NCBI GenBank assembly: GCA_963841915.1
Contig: CAWJEN010000001.1
Span: forward strand, 1 to 64,000
DNA: 64,000 nt
Origin: an uncultured Planctomycetota bacterium
GTDB taxonomy: Bacteria; Planctomycetota; Phycisphaerae; Tepidisphaerales; Tepidisphaeraceae
Direction: 5' to 3'
The notes beneath the pieces were generated by a model. The model worked only from the letters and a program-made list of their open reading frames with translations. It had not been told where the DNA came from and searched no databases. This document shows positions 1 through 9,844 of the stretch, one piece after another. The position numbers and the translations under genes were made by a program. How positions within the stretch are numbered: the first letter of the stretch is position 1; each line of letters starts with the position of its first letter.

Positions 1-60
1 ACTTTCAAGCATCGGCTTCGGCCGGTGCTTTTTTGCTGCGCTTTTCGGTATCCTTACCCC

Positions 61-1545
61 ATGAAACCAACGACCCGCTGCTTGCCGCTTTCGCTCGCTG
101 TTTCGTTTGCCGTCGTCTCGGCGGCGTCGGCTGAGCTGGAGCTGGGCGCACCCTTCAGCGACAACATGATGGTTCAGGCCGGCCACACCGTTCCGATCTG
201 GGGCACCGACGAGCCGGGCACCGTCGTCACCGTGCAGTTCGCCGATGCGTCGGCCGAGGCGACGGCCAATGCAGAGGGAAAATGGCGGGTCGATCTGCCG
301 GCCGTCGAAGACGTCGGGCCCTACGAATTTAAGATCGAGTCGGCCGACGGTGAATCACTGACGCTCAGCAACGTTATCGCAGGCGATGTCTGGTTGTGCT
401 CGGGGCAGTCGAACATGCAGTGGTCGGTGCAGTCGTCGTACGGCTGGGAGGATGCGTTCGCCGCCGCCGACAACGACCACATCCGCCTGCTGCACATTCC
501 TAACAACGCCCAAGCCGAGCCGGTCGACGATGTCGAAGCGTCGTGGGCCGTCGCGTCGGAAGCATCAATCAAGGACTTTTCAGCCGTCGGGTACTACTTC
601 GGCAAACAGATTGAAGCTCAAACGGATCGGCCGATCGGTCTCATCCAGATCGCATGGGGCGGCAGCAATCTCCACGCGTGGCTCCCGGCCGATCGGGCAC
701 AGCAGATGGACCGCTACGAGGATCGCAAGCAAGACATCGAAGACAAGCTGGCCGCGGCCGAAGCGGCGCTGCAGGCGTGGATTGATGGTGGCAAGCAGGG
801 CCCCCGACCGGGCGATGGGGTCGCGCCGCAGAATCAGATGAGCCTGCTGTACAACGGCATGACGCACCCGCTGGGCAACCTGCCGATCACAGGTGTTCTC
901 TGGTACCAGGGCGAGAGCGACGCCTGGCGCACCAGCGCCTACGAGGCGATGTTCCGTAACCTCGTGGCCGAGTGGCGTGAGCAGTTTCCCGCGGCCAAGG
1001 AGGAAGTCGTCGCGTACTACGTGCAGCTTCCCAATTTCGCCAAAATAGAAGGCGACGTGTGGCCGAAGTTCCGCGAGATGCAGCGGCAGATGGCCGCTGT
1101 CGAGGGCGACGGCATCGACATGGTCGTGACGATCGATGTCGGCGACGCCAACGACATTCACCCACGCAGAAAGAGGCCGGTTGCCGCACGCCTTGCGGCA
1201 CTGGCGCTGCGCGACGTGTACGATGTCGACGTGCTGGCCGACAGTCCGGAGCCTACGGAGGCGACGGTGCAGGAGGATGGTTTGGTGCGTGTTGTCTTCG
1301 ACGCCGTCGGGAGCGGACTGAAATTGTCCGAGGGCGACGCTCCGTTGGCGCTTGTGCTCGTTGACGCCGACGGCAAATCAGCCGACGCAACGGCGACGCT
1401 CGACGGCCAGGACACGGTGATCCTGAAGGCCGACGGCATCGGGCGTCCGACGATGGTTCGATACGCCTACGCCGCCGATCCCAAGGTGAACGTCGTCAAC
1501 AGCGAAGGCCTCCCGATGACGCCGTTCGTCCTGGATCTGGAGTAA
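61..1545 (+). CDS. Secreted sialate O-acetylesterase (SASA/SGNH family)
   Basis: Signal peptide; GDVWLCSGQSNM, WYQGE and DIHP motifs; ATG at 61 preferred over the GTG at 25. Confidence 0.88.
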   Translation: MKPTTRCLPLSLAVSFAVVSAASAELELGAPFSDNMMVQAGHTVPIWGTDEPGTVVTVQFADASAEATANAEGKWRVDLPAVEDVGPYEFKIESADGESLTLSNVIAGDVWLCSGQSNMQWSVQSSYGWEDAFAAADNDHIRLLHIPNNAQAEPVDDVEASWAVASEASIKDFSAVGYYFGKQIEAQTDRPIGLIQIAWGGSNLHAWLPADRAQQMDRYEDRKQDIEDKLAAAEAALQAWIDGGKQGPRPGDGVAPQNQMSLLYNGMTHPLGNLPITGVLWYQGESDAWRTSAYEAMFRNLVAEWREQFPAAKEEVVAYYVQLPNFAKIEGDVWPKFREMQRQMAAVEGDGIDMVVTIDVGDANDIHPRRKRPVAARLAALALRDVYDVDVLADSPEPTEATVQEDGLVRVVFDAVGSGLKLSEGDAPLALVLVDADGKSADATATLDGQDTVILKADGIGRPTMVRYAYAADPKVNVVNSEGLPMTPFVLDLE

Positions 1546-1555
1546 GCGCGAGGCG

Positions 1556-1885
1556 CTATGCGAGGTAAAACACCTGCTCGAGCGGCTGCATCGCCTTGTC
1601 GGCGGCGCCGGCGTCGAGTTGCTCGAAGTACGGCTTCATCTCCGCCTGCCACTTGGTGTTGATGGCCTCGTCCTGCATGCCGGCAACGGCGGCCTGGAAG
1701 TCGGGCGTTTCGACGTAGCCGATGAGCAGCCCGTCGTCGCGGAGAAACAGCGAGTAGTTATGCCAGCCGTGACGGCTCAGGGCATCGCGCATCTCCGGCC
1801 ACACGTCGGCATGGGCGGAGCGGTAAGCCTCGAGCTTGTCGCGGCGGACCTGAAGCGTGAAGCAGACGCGTTGTGGTTCGGCCAT
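1556..1885 (-). CDS. rhaM: L-rhamnose mutarotase
   Basis: 109 aa; Y..AH..VWPEM...L...GWHNYSLF and KW...M patterns of the RhaM family. Confidence 0.85.
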   Translation of the reverse strand: MAEPQRVCFTLQVRRDKLEAYRSAHADVWPEMRDALSRHGWHNYSLFLRDDGLLIGYVETPDFQAAVAGMQDEAINTKWQAEMKPYFEQLDAGAADKAMQPLEQVFYLA

Positions 1886-2086
1886 GCCCAGACATTATCG
1901 GGCGGGAGGGCCGTAGGGGACTTCTCGATTCCGAACGCGTGCGCAACGGCGGCCGCGGCGGCGCATGCTGTAATTTGGCTCAACGTGCAACTCCGCGGCC
2001 TGAATCTTCCGCAGGAGCGTCGTAAATAAAGTTGCACCGACACACGGCTACGGACGACCCGCCAACGCACACGGCGGCGCGATACG

Positions 2087-2102
2087 CGTTCCACGTGGAA
2101 CG
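2087..2102. promoter_or_regulatory. parS-like site (CGTTCCACGTGGAACG)
   Basis: Perfect 16-bp palindrome matching the chromosomal parS consensus. Confidence 0.8.
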
Positions 2103-2160
2103 TTTTCGACCCCGCCGTCTACTCCCAACGTCCATAGCGGAGGCCAATCGGGGTCGGGAA

Positions 2161-2176
2161 TGTTCCACGTGGAACA
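2161..2176. promoter_or_regulatory. parS-like site (TGTTCCACGTGGAACA)
   Basis: Perfect 16-bp palindrome, intergenic. Confidence 0.85.
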
Positions 2177-2248
2177 TTGGCCCCATCGGCCGACTCATTG
2201 GCCGCCGCCGCGCAGCGCAGGCGGCGGCCCCGTACGCTGCGGCCGCTG

Positions 2249-3730
2249 ATGGCGAGGCACTTCCCAGATCGAGATACCTTCGGCGACATCTGCCGTCGAG
2301 ACCCGCGTCGGCCGCTCCGCGTGCCGGTCTACCGGCAGTTGCTGGCCGACAAGATTTCACCCGTCCGTGGCTTCCTGGCCTTGACCCGAGACGACACGGC
2401 TGATCACGCCTTCCTACTCGAAAGCGTTGTCGGCGGCGAGCGGGTCGGGCGGTACAGCTTCGTCGGTGCGAACCCGACTGAGCTTTACACCTGTCGCGGC
2501 GATCGCCAGGACCCGCTGGCCGATCTGCGGTCGCTTCTGGGCGACGTCGCGTATGCAGCGGACGAGGATCTACCAAGCTTCACCGGCGGGCTCGTCGGTT
2601 ACGCCGGGTATGACCTGGTGCGGTACCACGAGCCGCCGCACAAGCTTGGCGGCCCGAACGGTGGGCCCAGCGATGACCGCTCGCTGCCAGACGTCTGCTT
2701 CGGGCTCTACGACCGGCTGATCGCGTTCGACAACGTCGACAAGACGGCCAAGCTCATCGCGCACGCGACGGTGACGGACGACATTGACGCTTCCTACGAC
2801 GCGGCGTGTGCCGCCGTCGATCAACTGTTCGACGCCGCCGATAGCTACGCGGTCGGGCGTGCGAGCGAAGAGTTCGATCCGCGCCACCTGCCGACGCTAG
2901 ATGTCGAAGCGAATCGCGACCGGGCGGATTACGAGGCCGCCGTCGCCAGCGGGGTCGAGTACATCAAGGCGGGCGACATTTTTCAGTTCGTGCCGTCGCT
3001 TCGTCTGCGGGCAAAGAGCCAGGCCAGGCCTTTCGACGTGTACCGGGCCCTGCGGGTGGTGAACCCGTCGCCGTACATGTTCTACCTGAAAAGCCCGGCT
3101 TGCACGCTGATCGGCAATTCGCCTGAGATCTTGTGCAGCGTGCGCGGCCGCAAGGTTACCAGCCGCCCCTTGGCGGGGACGAGGCCGCGTGGCAAGACGC
3201 CCGTCGAGGACGAGCAACTTGCTGCCGACCTGCTGGCCGATCCCAAGGAGTTGAGCGAGCACGCGATGCTGGTCGATTTGCACCGCAACGACGTCGGCCG
3301 AGTGAGCGAGCCGGGCAGCGTCGTCGTGACCGATCAGGGCGTCGTGGAGCGGTACAGCCACGTCATGCACATCAGTTCGAACGTCGAAGGCGTTCTGCGG
3401 GAAGGGCTCGATGCATTTGACGCACTGCGGGCAAGTCTGCCGGTGGGCACGGTCAGCGGGGCGCCGAAGGTTCGGGCGATGCAGATCATTGACGAGCTGG
3501 AGCCGACGCGTCGTGGTCCTTATGCGGGAGCGGTTGGGCACGTCGACTTCGGCGGCGACCTCGACACGTGCATTGCGCTGCGGACGATCGTTCATACGCC
3601 CGGCTTGTATGACGTGCAGGCGGGCGCGGGCGTGGTGGCCGACAGCGTGCCGGCGAGCGAGTATGCCGAGTGCATGAACAAGGCACGGGCGATGCTGCGT
3701 GCCGTGGCTGCGGCTGAAGGAGGCTTTTGA
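2249..3730 (+). CDS. trpE: Anthranilate synthase component I
   Basis: FLLESV.GGE..GRYSF, GDIFQ, NPSPYM, RPLAGT, EHAMLVDL, GTVSGAPK; start placed at ATG 2249. Confidence 0.92.
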   Translation: MARHFPDRDTFGDICRRDPRRPLRVPVYRQLLADKISPVRGFLALTRDDTADHAFLLESVVGGERVGRYSFVGANPTELYTCRGDRQDPLADLRSLLGDVAYAADEDLPSFTGGLVGYAGYDLVRYHEPPHKLGGPNGGPSDDRSLPDVCFGLYDRLIAFDNVDKTAKLIAHATVTDDIDASYDAACAAVDQLFDAADSYAVGRASEEFDPRHLPTLDVEANRDRADYEAAVASGVEYIKAGDIFQFVPSLRLRAKSQARPFDVYRALRVVNPSPYMFYLKSPACTLIGNSPEILCSVRGRKVTSRPLAGTRPRGKTPVEDEQLAADLLADPKELSEHAMLVDLHRNDVGRVSEPGSVVVTDQGVVERYSHVMHISSNVEGVLREGLDAFDALRASLPVGTVSGAPKVRAMQIIDELEPTRRGPYAGAVGHVDFGGDLDTCIALRTIVHTPGLYDVQAGAGVVADSVPASEYAECMNKARAMLRAVAAAEGGF

Positions 3731-3734
3731 TGGG

Positions 3735-3750
3735 TGTTCCACGTGGAACA
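3735..3750. promoter_or_regulatory. parS-like site (TGTTCCACGTGGAACA)
   Basis: Identical to the 2161 palindrome, 4 bp after the trpE stop. Confidence 0.85.
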
Positions 3751-3771
3751 ACGGGTCGTTAGACTGCTTGC

Positions 3772-4128
3772 ATGCCCGATCTGCTCGCCCAGGCTGATGC
3801 GACCCAGACGATCCTGGTCACGGCAGGACGGGTGCTGCTGGTCGTCATCGCAGCCGTCGTGCTGCTCGTGATTGGGTTGTGGCTCAAGCGGAAGATCGTC
3901 GGCGAACCCGAGCGGGACGTCAGCCTGCAGGCGGCAGGGTTTGGCGTGGGTGATCTACGCCGCATGCACGAGGCGGGTGAGCTGACGGACGCAGAATACG
4001 AGCGGGCGCGGGACCGTCTGGTCGCCAGGGCCCGCAAGATGGCCAACGACGACGCCGGCGAGCTGCCACACGAACCCGACCGCTTACGAGGCAAAGACCT
4101 GGACTTGATCCGGAATGCCGAAGAGTAG
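3772..4128 (+). CDS. Small single-pass membrane protein with SHOCT-like domain
   Basis: One hydrophobic helix, then LRRMHEAGELTDAEYERAR (SHOCT pattern). Confidence 0.7.
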   Translation: MPDLLAQADATQTILVTAGRVLLVVIAAVVLLVIGLWLKRKIVGEPERDVSLQAAGFGVGDLRRMHEAGELTDAEYERARDRLVARARKMANDDAGELPHEPDRLRGKDLDLIRNAEE

Positions 4129-4463
4129 ACGGCGTGCACGTCAAATCATCTTCACATTCGTGCGGCGGCTTCTTATCGACCGGGGGAGGTGACAAGTGGG
4201 CGTAGCGTCCGAAGGTCCGCTGCCTTATCGTACCTAGCAGGGTGTGCAGCCACGGAAGGCGACCAGCCGATGCCCTGTCAGCGGGCACACCACCTGCCGG
4301 AGCCGGGCGTGACCCGGTTTCAATTGCGTCTGCGACCTCAACCTCCGCCCTCAGACGTACGACAATTAGGAGGTGGCCCAGCGGTCACCTCGAGCGGCAC
4401 CAAAGCCGCCTCAGCAACGACTTCAACCACGCCTTCCTACGGCCTAAAGCCCCTCAGGCGATC

Positions 4464-6089
4464 ATGTCCCAACGCAACCGCCCGCAACGTCGTGACCGTT
4501 CCACCGACTCCGCATCGGAAGGCGCTGCCAAGGCAGTCGGCTCCGCCGCCCAGCCCCGACACGCCACCCCGCCCAAGGCTTTGCCGCCCGCGGAAATCGC
4601 GGAAATCCTGACCGCACACGGTCACAACGGCGGCCACGACAACGACAACGACGCCCACGCCATGCCCGTACCAGGCTCCTTCGGCGGCGACCTTGGTGGC
4701 GTCGATGCCCCAACGCCCGGTGGTGGAGGCGGTGGTGGAGGCAACGGAGGCAACTTCCGCGGCCGACGCGTCACCACCTGCTCGTTCTGCGGCAAGAGCT
4801 CCCGCGACGTCGGTCCGATGGTCGAGGGTCCTAACGACGTCTACATCTGCTCAAACTGTGTCGACCTGGCACACAACATCATCCGCCAGGAGAAGCGCAA
4901 GCTTGCCACGAGCCGTCCGCTGTTCGATCAGATCCCGTCGCCCCGACAGATCAAGGACCACCTCGACCAGTTCGTCGTCGGGCAAACCACGCCCAAGCGG
5001 AACCTGAGCGTTGCCGTCCACAACCACTACAAGCGGTTGATGGCCATCCAGTCGGACGAGAAGGCCAAGGACGACGCCGAGCAGGCCGGCAAAAGCGAGG
5101 CCGACGCCAAGACGGGCGTCGAACTTGACAAGTCCAACGTCCTGCTGATCGGCTCGACCGGTAGCGGCAAGACCCTGATGGCCAAGACGCTGGCCCGCAT
5201 CCTCAACGTGCCCTTCGCCATCGGCGACGCGACCACGCTGACCGAGGCCGGCTACGTCGGCGAAGACGTGGAGAACATTCTGCTTCGTCTGCTGCAGAGT
5301 GCCGACTACGACCTCGAAGCCGCCCAACGCGGGATCATCTACATCGACGAGATCGACAAGATCGGTAAGACCAGCGGCAACGTCTCTATCACCCGCGACG
5401 TCAGCGGCGAAGGCGTGCAGCAAGGCCTGCTCAAGATGCTCGAGGGCACCGTTGCCAACATCCCGCCACAAGGCGGACGCAAGCATCCCGAGCAGCAGTA
5501 CATCCAGATCGATACGGCCCAGATCCTGTTTATCTGCGGCGGCTCGTTCGTCGGGCTCGAAGACATCATCCGCCGTCGCATCGGCAAGCGTCGCATCGGC
5601 TTTGCCAACGAAGGCGGGGCTGTCACGTCGCAGGAGATGGAGCGGGTCGAGGTGCTGCGTCGCTGTCAGCCGGAGGACCTCGTCGAGTTCGGCATGATCC
5701 CCGAGTTCGTCGGCCGTCTTCCGGTCGTGGCAACGCTGGAACCGCTGGACGTTGCCTCACTCGTCAACGTGCTTACGCAGCCCAAGAACGCGATCGTCAA
5801 GCAATACGAACGGTTCTTCGAGCTCGAAGGCAGCACGGTCGAGTTTACGCCCGAAGCACTTCGCATCATCAGCGAGCGAGCCCTCAAGCGTGAGACCGGT
5901 GCCCGCGCCCTGCGTGCGGTGTGCGAAGAAGTGATGCTCGACATCATGTACGACCTGCCTGACCAGCCCGACGGCCACTACGTCATTGACGAGGACGTCG
6001 TCGAAGGCCGCCAGAAGGTCTTCCAACATCCGGCCAAAGCCGCCAAAGAGCGTGCCGACCGCGGCGAACGTCCGCGGAAGAGTGCTTAA
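4464..6089 (+). CDS. clpX: ATP-dependent Clp protease ATP-binding subunit ClpX with long N-terminal extension
   Basis: CSFC...C..C zinc finger, Walker [17 protein letters not shown] and IGF loops; start uncertain (4464 or 4662). Confidence 0.95.
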   Translation: MSQRNRPQRRDRSTDSASEGAAKAVGSAAQPRHATPPKALPPAEIAEILTAHGHNGGHDNDNDAHAMPVPGSFGGDLGGVDAPTPGGGGGGGGNGGNFRGRRVTTCSFCGKSSRDVGPMVEGPNDVYICSNCVDLAHNIIRQEKRKLATSRPLFDQIPSPRQIKDHLDQFVVGQTTPKRNLSVAVHNHYKRLMAIQSDEKAKDDAEQAGKSEADAKTGVELDKSNVLLIGSTGSGKTLMAKTLARILNVPFAIGDATTLTEAGYVGEDVENILLRLLQSADYDLEAAQRGIIYIDEIDKIGKTSGNVSITRDVSGEGVQQGLLKMLEGTVANIPPQGGRKHPEQQYIQIDTAQILFICGGSFVGLEDIIRRRIGKRRIGFANEGGAVTSQEMERVEVLRRCQPEDLVEFGMIPEFVGRLPVVATLEPLDVASLVNVLTQPKNAIVKQYERFFELEGSTVEFTPEALRIISERALKRETGARALRAVCEEVMLDIMYDLPDQPDGHYVIDEDVVEGRQKVFQHPAKAAKERADRGERPRKSA

Positions 6090-6145
6090 AGCCTAAAAGC
6101 CGAACCACGCCACGCGTGAAAAGGCAAAGGTCTGAGAAGAACAGA

Positions 6146-6180
6146 AGAAGGGTGCAGAGCTTGAGGCTCTGCACCCTTCT
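6146..6180. terminator. Hairpin between convergent clpX and PBP genes, probable terminator
   Basis: AGAAGGGTGCAGAGC-TTGAG-GCTCTGCACCCTTCT, 15-bp perfect stem. Confidence 0.7.
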
Positions 6181-6254
6181 CGCGTGTTCTGAATCTAAGC
6201 CTGGTCCAAGGGCCTGAGTCTTGTTGCTTCTGCAACCGTCTTGCTTCTCCAACG

Positions 6255-8174
6255 CTACTCGTCCTCTTCTGCCTCCAGGGCGGGCGTGGTTTCCAGGTAG
6301 GCGCTGTCGCGGAGCGTTCGCTTGGGCTTGTACTGGTTGGCGTAGTAGTTGTGCAGCCCGTCCGCCACGCTCGGGGGCGGTTCGGGGAGCTGGGGGCTGT
6401 GGGGCGTCCCGAGCAACTCGAGGGACTGCTCGAGGATGCGGGCAGCAGTGCCACCGGCGACTTGGCCGCCGTGGTAGCCGAGCTCTTTTTGAGGCTGATC
6501 GACCGTGACGGCGATGACTAGACGCGGTGCCTCGTAGGGCCCGCCACCGATGAAGCTGGCGAAGTACTTTGTATCGCTTTGCCTGCCGCCGTCGCTTTGG
6601 TGGGCGGTGCCGGTCTTGCCGAAGAGGTTGTACTTGTCACTCCGGGCGTGCTTGGCAGTACCGCGGACGAAGACGTCGGCCAGGATGCGTCGCATCGTAT
6701 CGGCCACGGCAGGCGAGACCGCCTCGAGGTCGGACGCAGCAACTTCAACAGGCTCTAGCGCACCATCGACATCAACTGTGCCCTTGACCAGCCTCGGCGA
6801 GATCAGTCGCCCGCCGTTGGCGAGGGCAGCCATGCCGCGAACAAGCTGAGCGGGCGTTGCCATCATGGCGTAGCCGAACGCGATCGAGCCTTGGGTGAAT
6901 TTGTCGGGCGGGTTCTTGTAGATAAGCCCCCTGTGCTCACCACCGAGGCCGACATTGGTCTTGGAGCCGAAGCCGAAATCGCGGTAGATGTCGGTCATGC
7001 CGTCGTAGCCCAGCCGGTCGCTGGCCTCGTGCATGACGATGTTGCTGGACTTGACGACACCGTCCCAGGCGTTGAGCTTTTCGTAGCCGTAGTCGTCGCG
7101 GACGAGCCTGCCGACGGGCATCCGCTTGACGCCGTACTGCGTGTCGAAGACTTCCTCGACCTGCGTGATGCCGCGTTCGAGCAGGCCAGCCATCAGGAAC
7201 GGCTTCATCACGCTGCCGGGCTCGTACGGGTCGACAAGCGCCCGATTACGGCGATTGGCTACCGGTGTGTCACCGGGGAACTGCGGGTGGTACGTCGGCA
7301 CGTTCGCCAGCGCCAGCACGTCACCCGTGTGCGGGTCCATCACGACGACGCTCGCGCCGACTGCGTTGAACGCGTCGCAGGTGGCGACAAGCTCACGCTC
7401 CGCAATCTGCTGGATGCGGGCGTCAATGGTCAGAACGAGCCCGCTGCCGTGCCTTGGCGGCTGATAGCCGCTCATCGCTGCTGCGATCGCGCGACGTCGT
7501 TTGTCCCGCTCGGTCACCATGCGGCCGTCGTGGCCGGCTAGAACGGCATCGAACTTCTGCTCGAGCCCTTCGAGTCCGTTGTCGTCGCGACCGACTGTGC
7601 CGAGCACGTGAGCAGCGGTCTGAGCCATGGGATAAACGCGCCTGGCCTGCGGCTCAGTGGCGACGCCTCGCAGGCCCAGCGTCTTGGAGAAGGCGACGGC
7701 GTCGTCGGCCTCGCTCGTGTCGATTCCACGGGCAAGTGTCAGGTACCGCTTGTCCGGGTTACTGCCGACGTCGAGGGCGACGTCGTTGGGGTCGGCAAAC
7801 AGCCGGTCGGCCAGGCGTTCAAGCTTGGCATCGAAGTCGAACCACGACCCGTCGCCCTTGGCGGCGAACTGCTCGTGCATGAACTTGGGGTCGGCAAATA
7901 CGTTCCGCTCCAGGGTGCTGCCGGCGAGCATGAGGCCGTTGCGATCGAAGATGCCGCCGCGTCGGGCTTCAAGCGTGGCGTTGCTGGCATGCTGCCGTTC
8001 AACGCGGCCAGCCATTTCCGAAGCAAACCGTGTCTGCAGGTACGCGACGCGACCGACGAGCCCACCGATCGCGATGCCGATGAAGGCCAGCACAAGGCCG
8101 ATCCGTCGCGACGACGGATGGGCGGCGGGTAACGTCGGTGGCGTGTCAGGAGCGTCCATGGCGGCAGGTCCCAT
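6255..8174 (-). CDS. Class B penicillin-binding protein (FtsI/PBP2-like transpeptidase)
   Basis: N-terminal TM helix, RG.I.DRNG, R.YP, GLE, EPGSVMK (SxxK), SSN (SxN), KTGT. Confidence 0.92.
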   Translation of the reverse strand: MGPAAMDAPDTPPTLPAAHPSSRRIGLVLAFIGIAIGGLVGRVAYLQTRFASEMAGRVERQHASNATLEARRGGIFDRNGLMLAGSTLERNVFADPKFMHEQFAAKGDGSWFDFDAKLERLADRLFADPNDVALDVGSNPDKRYLTLARGIDTSEADDAVAFSKTLGLRGVATEPQARRVYPMAQTAAHVLGTVGRDDNGLEGLEQKFDAVLAGHDGRMVTERDKRRRAIAAAMSGYQPPRHGSGLVLTIDARIQQIAERELVATCDAFNAVGASVVVMDPHTGDVLALANVPTYHPQFPGDTPVANRRNRALVDPYEPGSVMKPFLMAGLLERGITQVEEVFDTQYGVKRMPVGRLVRDDYGYEKLNAWDGVVKSSNIVMHEASDRLGYDGMTDIYRDFGFGSKTNVGLGGEHRGLIYKNPPDKFTQGSIAFGYAMMATPAQLVRGMAALANGGRLISPRLVKGTVDVDGALEPVEVAASDLEAVSPAVADTMRRILADVFVRGTAKHARSDKYNLFGKTGTAHQSDGGRQSDTKYFASFIGGGPYEAPRLVIAVTVDQPQKELGYHGGQVAGGTAARILEQSLELLGTPHSPQLPEPPPSVADGLHNYYANQYKPKRTLRDSAYLETTPALEAEEDE

Positions 8175-8246
8175 AACGGGCGGCTCGCTTTACATCGGAT
8201 AGGCGCTTGCGACCTCATCAACACGCCGTGGCGTAGCATCTGGTAC

Positions 8247-8588
8247 GTGAGTCGCTGGACGTCCATCCTCGGCATTGTGCTTGTCCTTCTGGCCCGCTCT
8301 ACAGCGGGCGGCGGGGCGATCGACATGTGCCCGCCGACGGGCGAGAAGGCGGTTTCTGCCTGCTGTTGTGGTGGGTGCGGCTGTGCGATGGACGAAGCCC
8401 CGCCCGCAGTGCCAGAGCCGATGCAAGAGGCGGTAGTGACGGTCAGCTGGCACACTGTGCCTACGCCGCCCGACGCGGTGGTAGTGCCGGCAATACCGCC
8501 TTTGCAACATTGGAAGCAGAACGTTGTCACGCAGTTGAAGACGACGCTGCAGGTTCGTCGCGAAGCTCTGTGTGCCTGGGTGACGTAG
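8247..8588 (+). CDS. Small Cys-rich protein with signal-like N-terminus; candidate metal-responsive leader
   Basis: Hydrophobic N-terminus, CCCGGCGC cluster, Pro-rich linker, C-terminal LCAWVT; lies upstream of the HMA gene. Confidence 0.55.
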   Translation: MSRWTSILGIVLVLLARSTAGGGAIDMCPPTGEKAVSACCCGGCGCAMDEAPPAVPEPMQEAVVTVSWHTVPTPPDAVVVPAIPPLQHWKQNVVTQLKTTLQVRREALCAWVT

Positions 8589-8669
8589 CGGCCTCGATCT
8601 CGATGGATCGAACTCCTCGAGCGACGCCGCGTGGCGTTCGCTTGTGCTTCACGTCACAAACCTTCTGCT

Positions 8670-9005
8670 ATGCACATCAAGATTCTCCTCGTCGCCGCGC
8701 TGAGCGGCCTGTTCATCGTCGGCTGCGCCAGTGAACCGACCGCTCCCGCTCCGACCACTCAGCCGTCGGCGGCCATAGAGGCCGACTCGGCGGCCATCGT
8801 CGTCTTCGGCATGAGCTGCCCCCAGTGCTCCAACAATCTCAATCTCCAGCTCACCGCCATCGACGGCGTTGACGACGTCGACGTAGATCTCGGCACGGGT
8901 GACGTCATCGTCACGCTCCAGCCGGGCAAAGTCACGGCCGCGCAGCTTCGTCAAGGCGTGATTGTCGCCGGCTACACCGTCGACAGCATCCGCATCCCCG
9001 CCTGA
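8670..9005 (+). CDS. Heavy-metal-associated (HMA) domain lipoprotein
   Basis: Lipobox-like FIVGC; GMSCPQC metal-binding motif; C-terminal AGY. Confidence 0.85.
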   Translation: MHIKILLVAALSGLFIVGCASEPTAPAPTTQPSAAIEADSAAIVVFGMSCPQCSNNLNLQLTAIDGVDDVDVDLGTGDVIVTLQPGKVTAAQLRQGVIVAGYTVDSIRIPA

Positions 9006-9016
9006 GGAGCCACAAC

Positions 9017-9826
9017 ATGACGATCTTCCACGAGGCCGCTTTTGCGGCCACGCTACTTCTGTACGTTGCCCCGGCCTCGGCCCAGCAGGCGACCTTCATT
9101 CCCTCTGCCACGCAACCCTCGACCGGTGTCGTCGGCTTCCGACAACTCGTCGAATACAAGGCTTTCGACGGCTTTGACGACACCAGCTCCATCACGCAGA
9201 TCGCCTACGGTCTGACACCTGAGGTCGCCGTCGGGCTCAGCGTTCCGGTTCGCTATCGCGACACCGGCATCGACGACACCTTCGGCCTCGGGGATCCGAA
9301 GCTGAGCGTTAAAGCCCGCGTGTACCGACGCGACTTCGGGCCGCTCGACACGTCCCGCATCGCACTCATCGGTGCAGTCAATCTACCTGTCGGTGAAGAC
9401 GAGTACACGAGCGACTCGCTGGATCCGAGCTTCAGTGCGGCCTGGACCTACATCGACGGTCGACACGGCGTCGGCCTCGCCGGGTCGTGGCGGTTCAACT
9501 CGGGCGACGACGATGAGCGGACCTTCACCCGACGGTTCGGTAACGGCCCAGACGACGCCGGCGAACTGGGAGGCAATTACGTCTACCGCCTGGCCCCCGA
9601 CGCCTTCGGTCGCGGTACGAGCGACGGCGCGTGGTACCTGACCGCCGAAACAGGCGTCGAGTACGAGACCAGCGGCAACAGCATGCTCTGGGTTGCACCG
9701 GGCCTGCTGTTCGAAGGTCGCAAACTCGGCCTCGAGCTGTCGCTGCACCTGCCCGTCGCCTCCGACGTCACCGATCGCGGCGAGGAGGAATGGGCCGTCA
9801 TGGCGGGATTTCGGTTGCTGTTTTAA
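9017..9826 (+). CDS. Putative outer-membrane beta-barrel protein
   Basis: Signal peptide, GLGD motif, amphipathic beta strands, terminal Phe (GFRLLF); RBS GAGGAG. Confidence 0.65.
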   Translation: MTIFHEAAFAATLLLYVAPASAQQATFIPSATQPSTGVVGFRQLVEYKAFDGFDDTSSITQIAYGLTPEVAVGLSVPVRYRDTGIDDTFGLGDPKLSVKARVYRRDFGPLDTSRIALIGAVNLPVGEDEYTSDSLDPSFSAAWTYIDGRHGVGLAGSWRFNSGDDDERTFTRRFGNGPDDAGELGGNYVYRLAPDAFGRGTSDGAWYLTAETGVEYETSGNSMLWVAPGLLFEGRKLGLELSLHLPVASDVTDRGEEEWAVMAGFRLLF

Positions 9827-9844
9827 GCGACCTACCTTTGCCGC

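Noticed and set aside
4129..4463. Long leader upstream of clpX as a riboswitch or ncRNA
   Set aside because: No RNA family motif or convincing structure recognised by eye; an Rfam search would be needed
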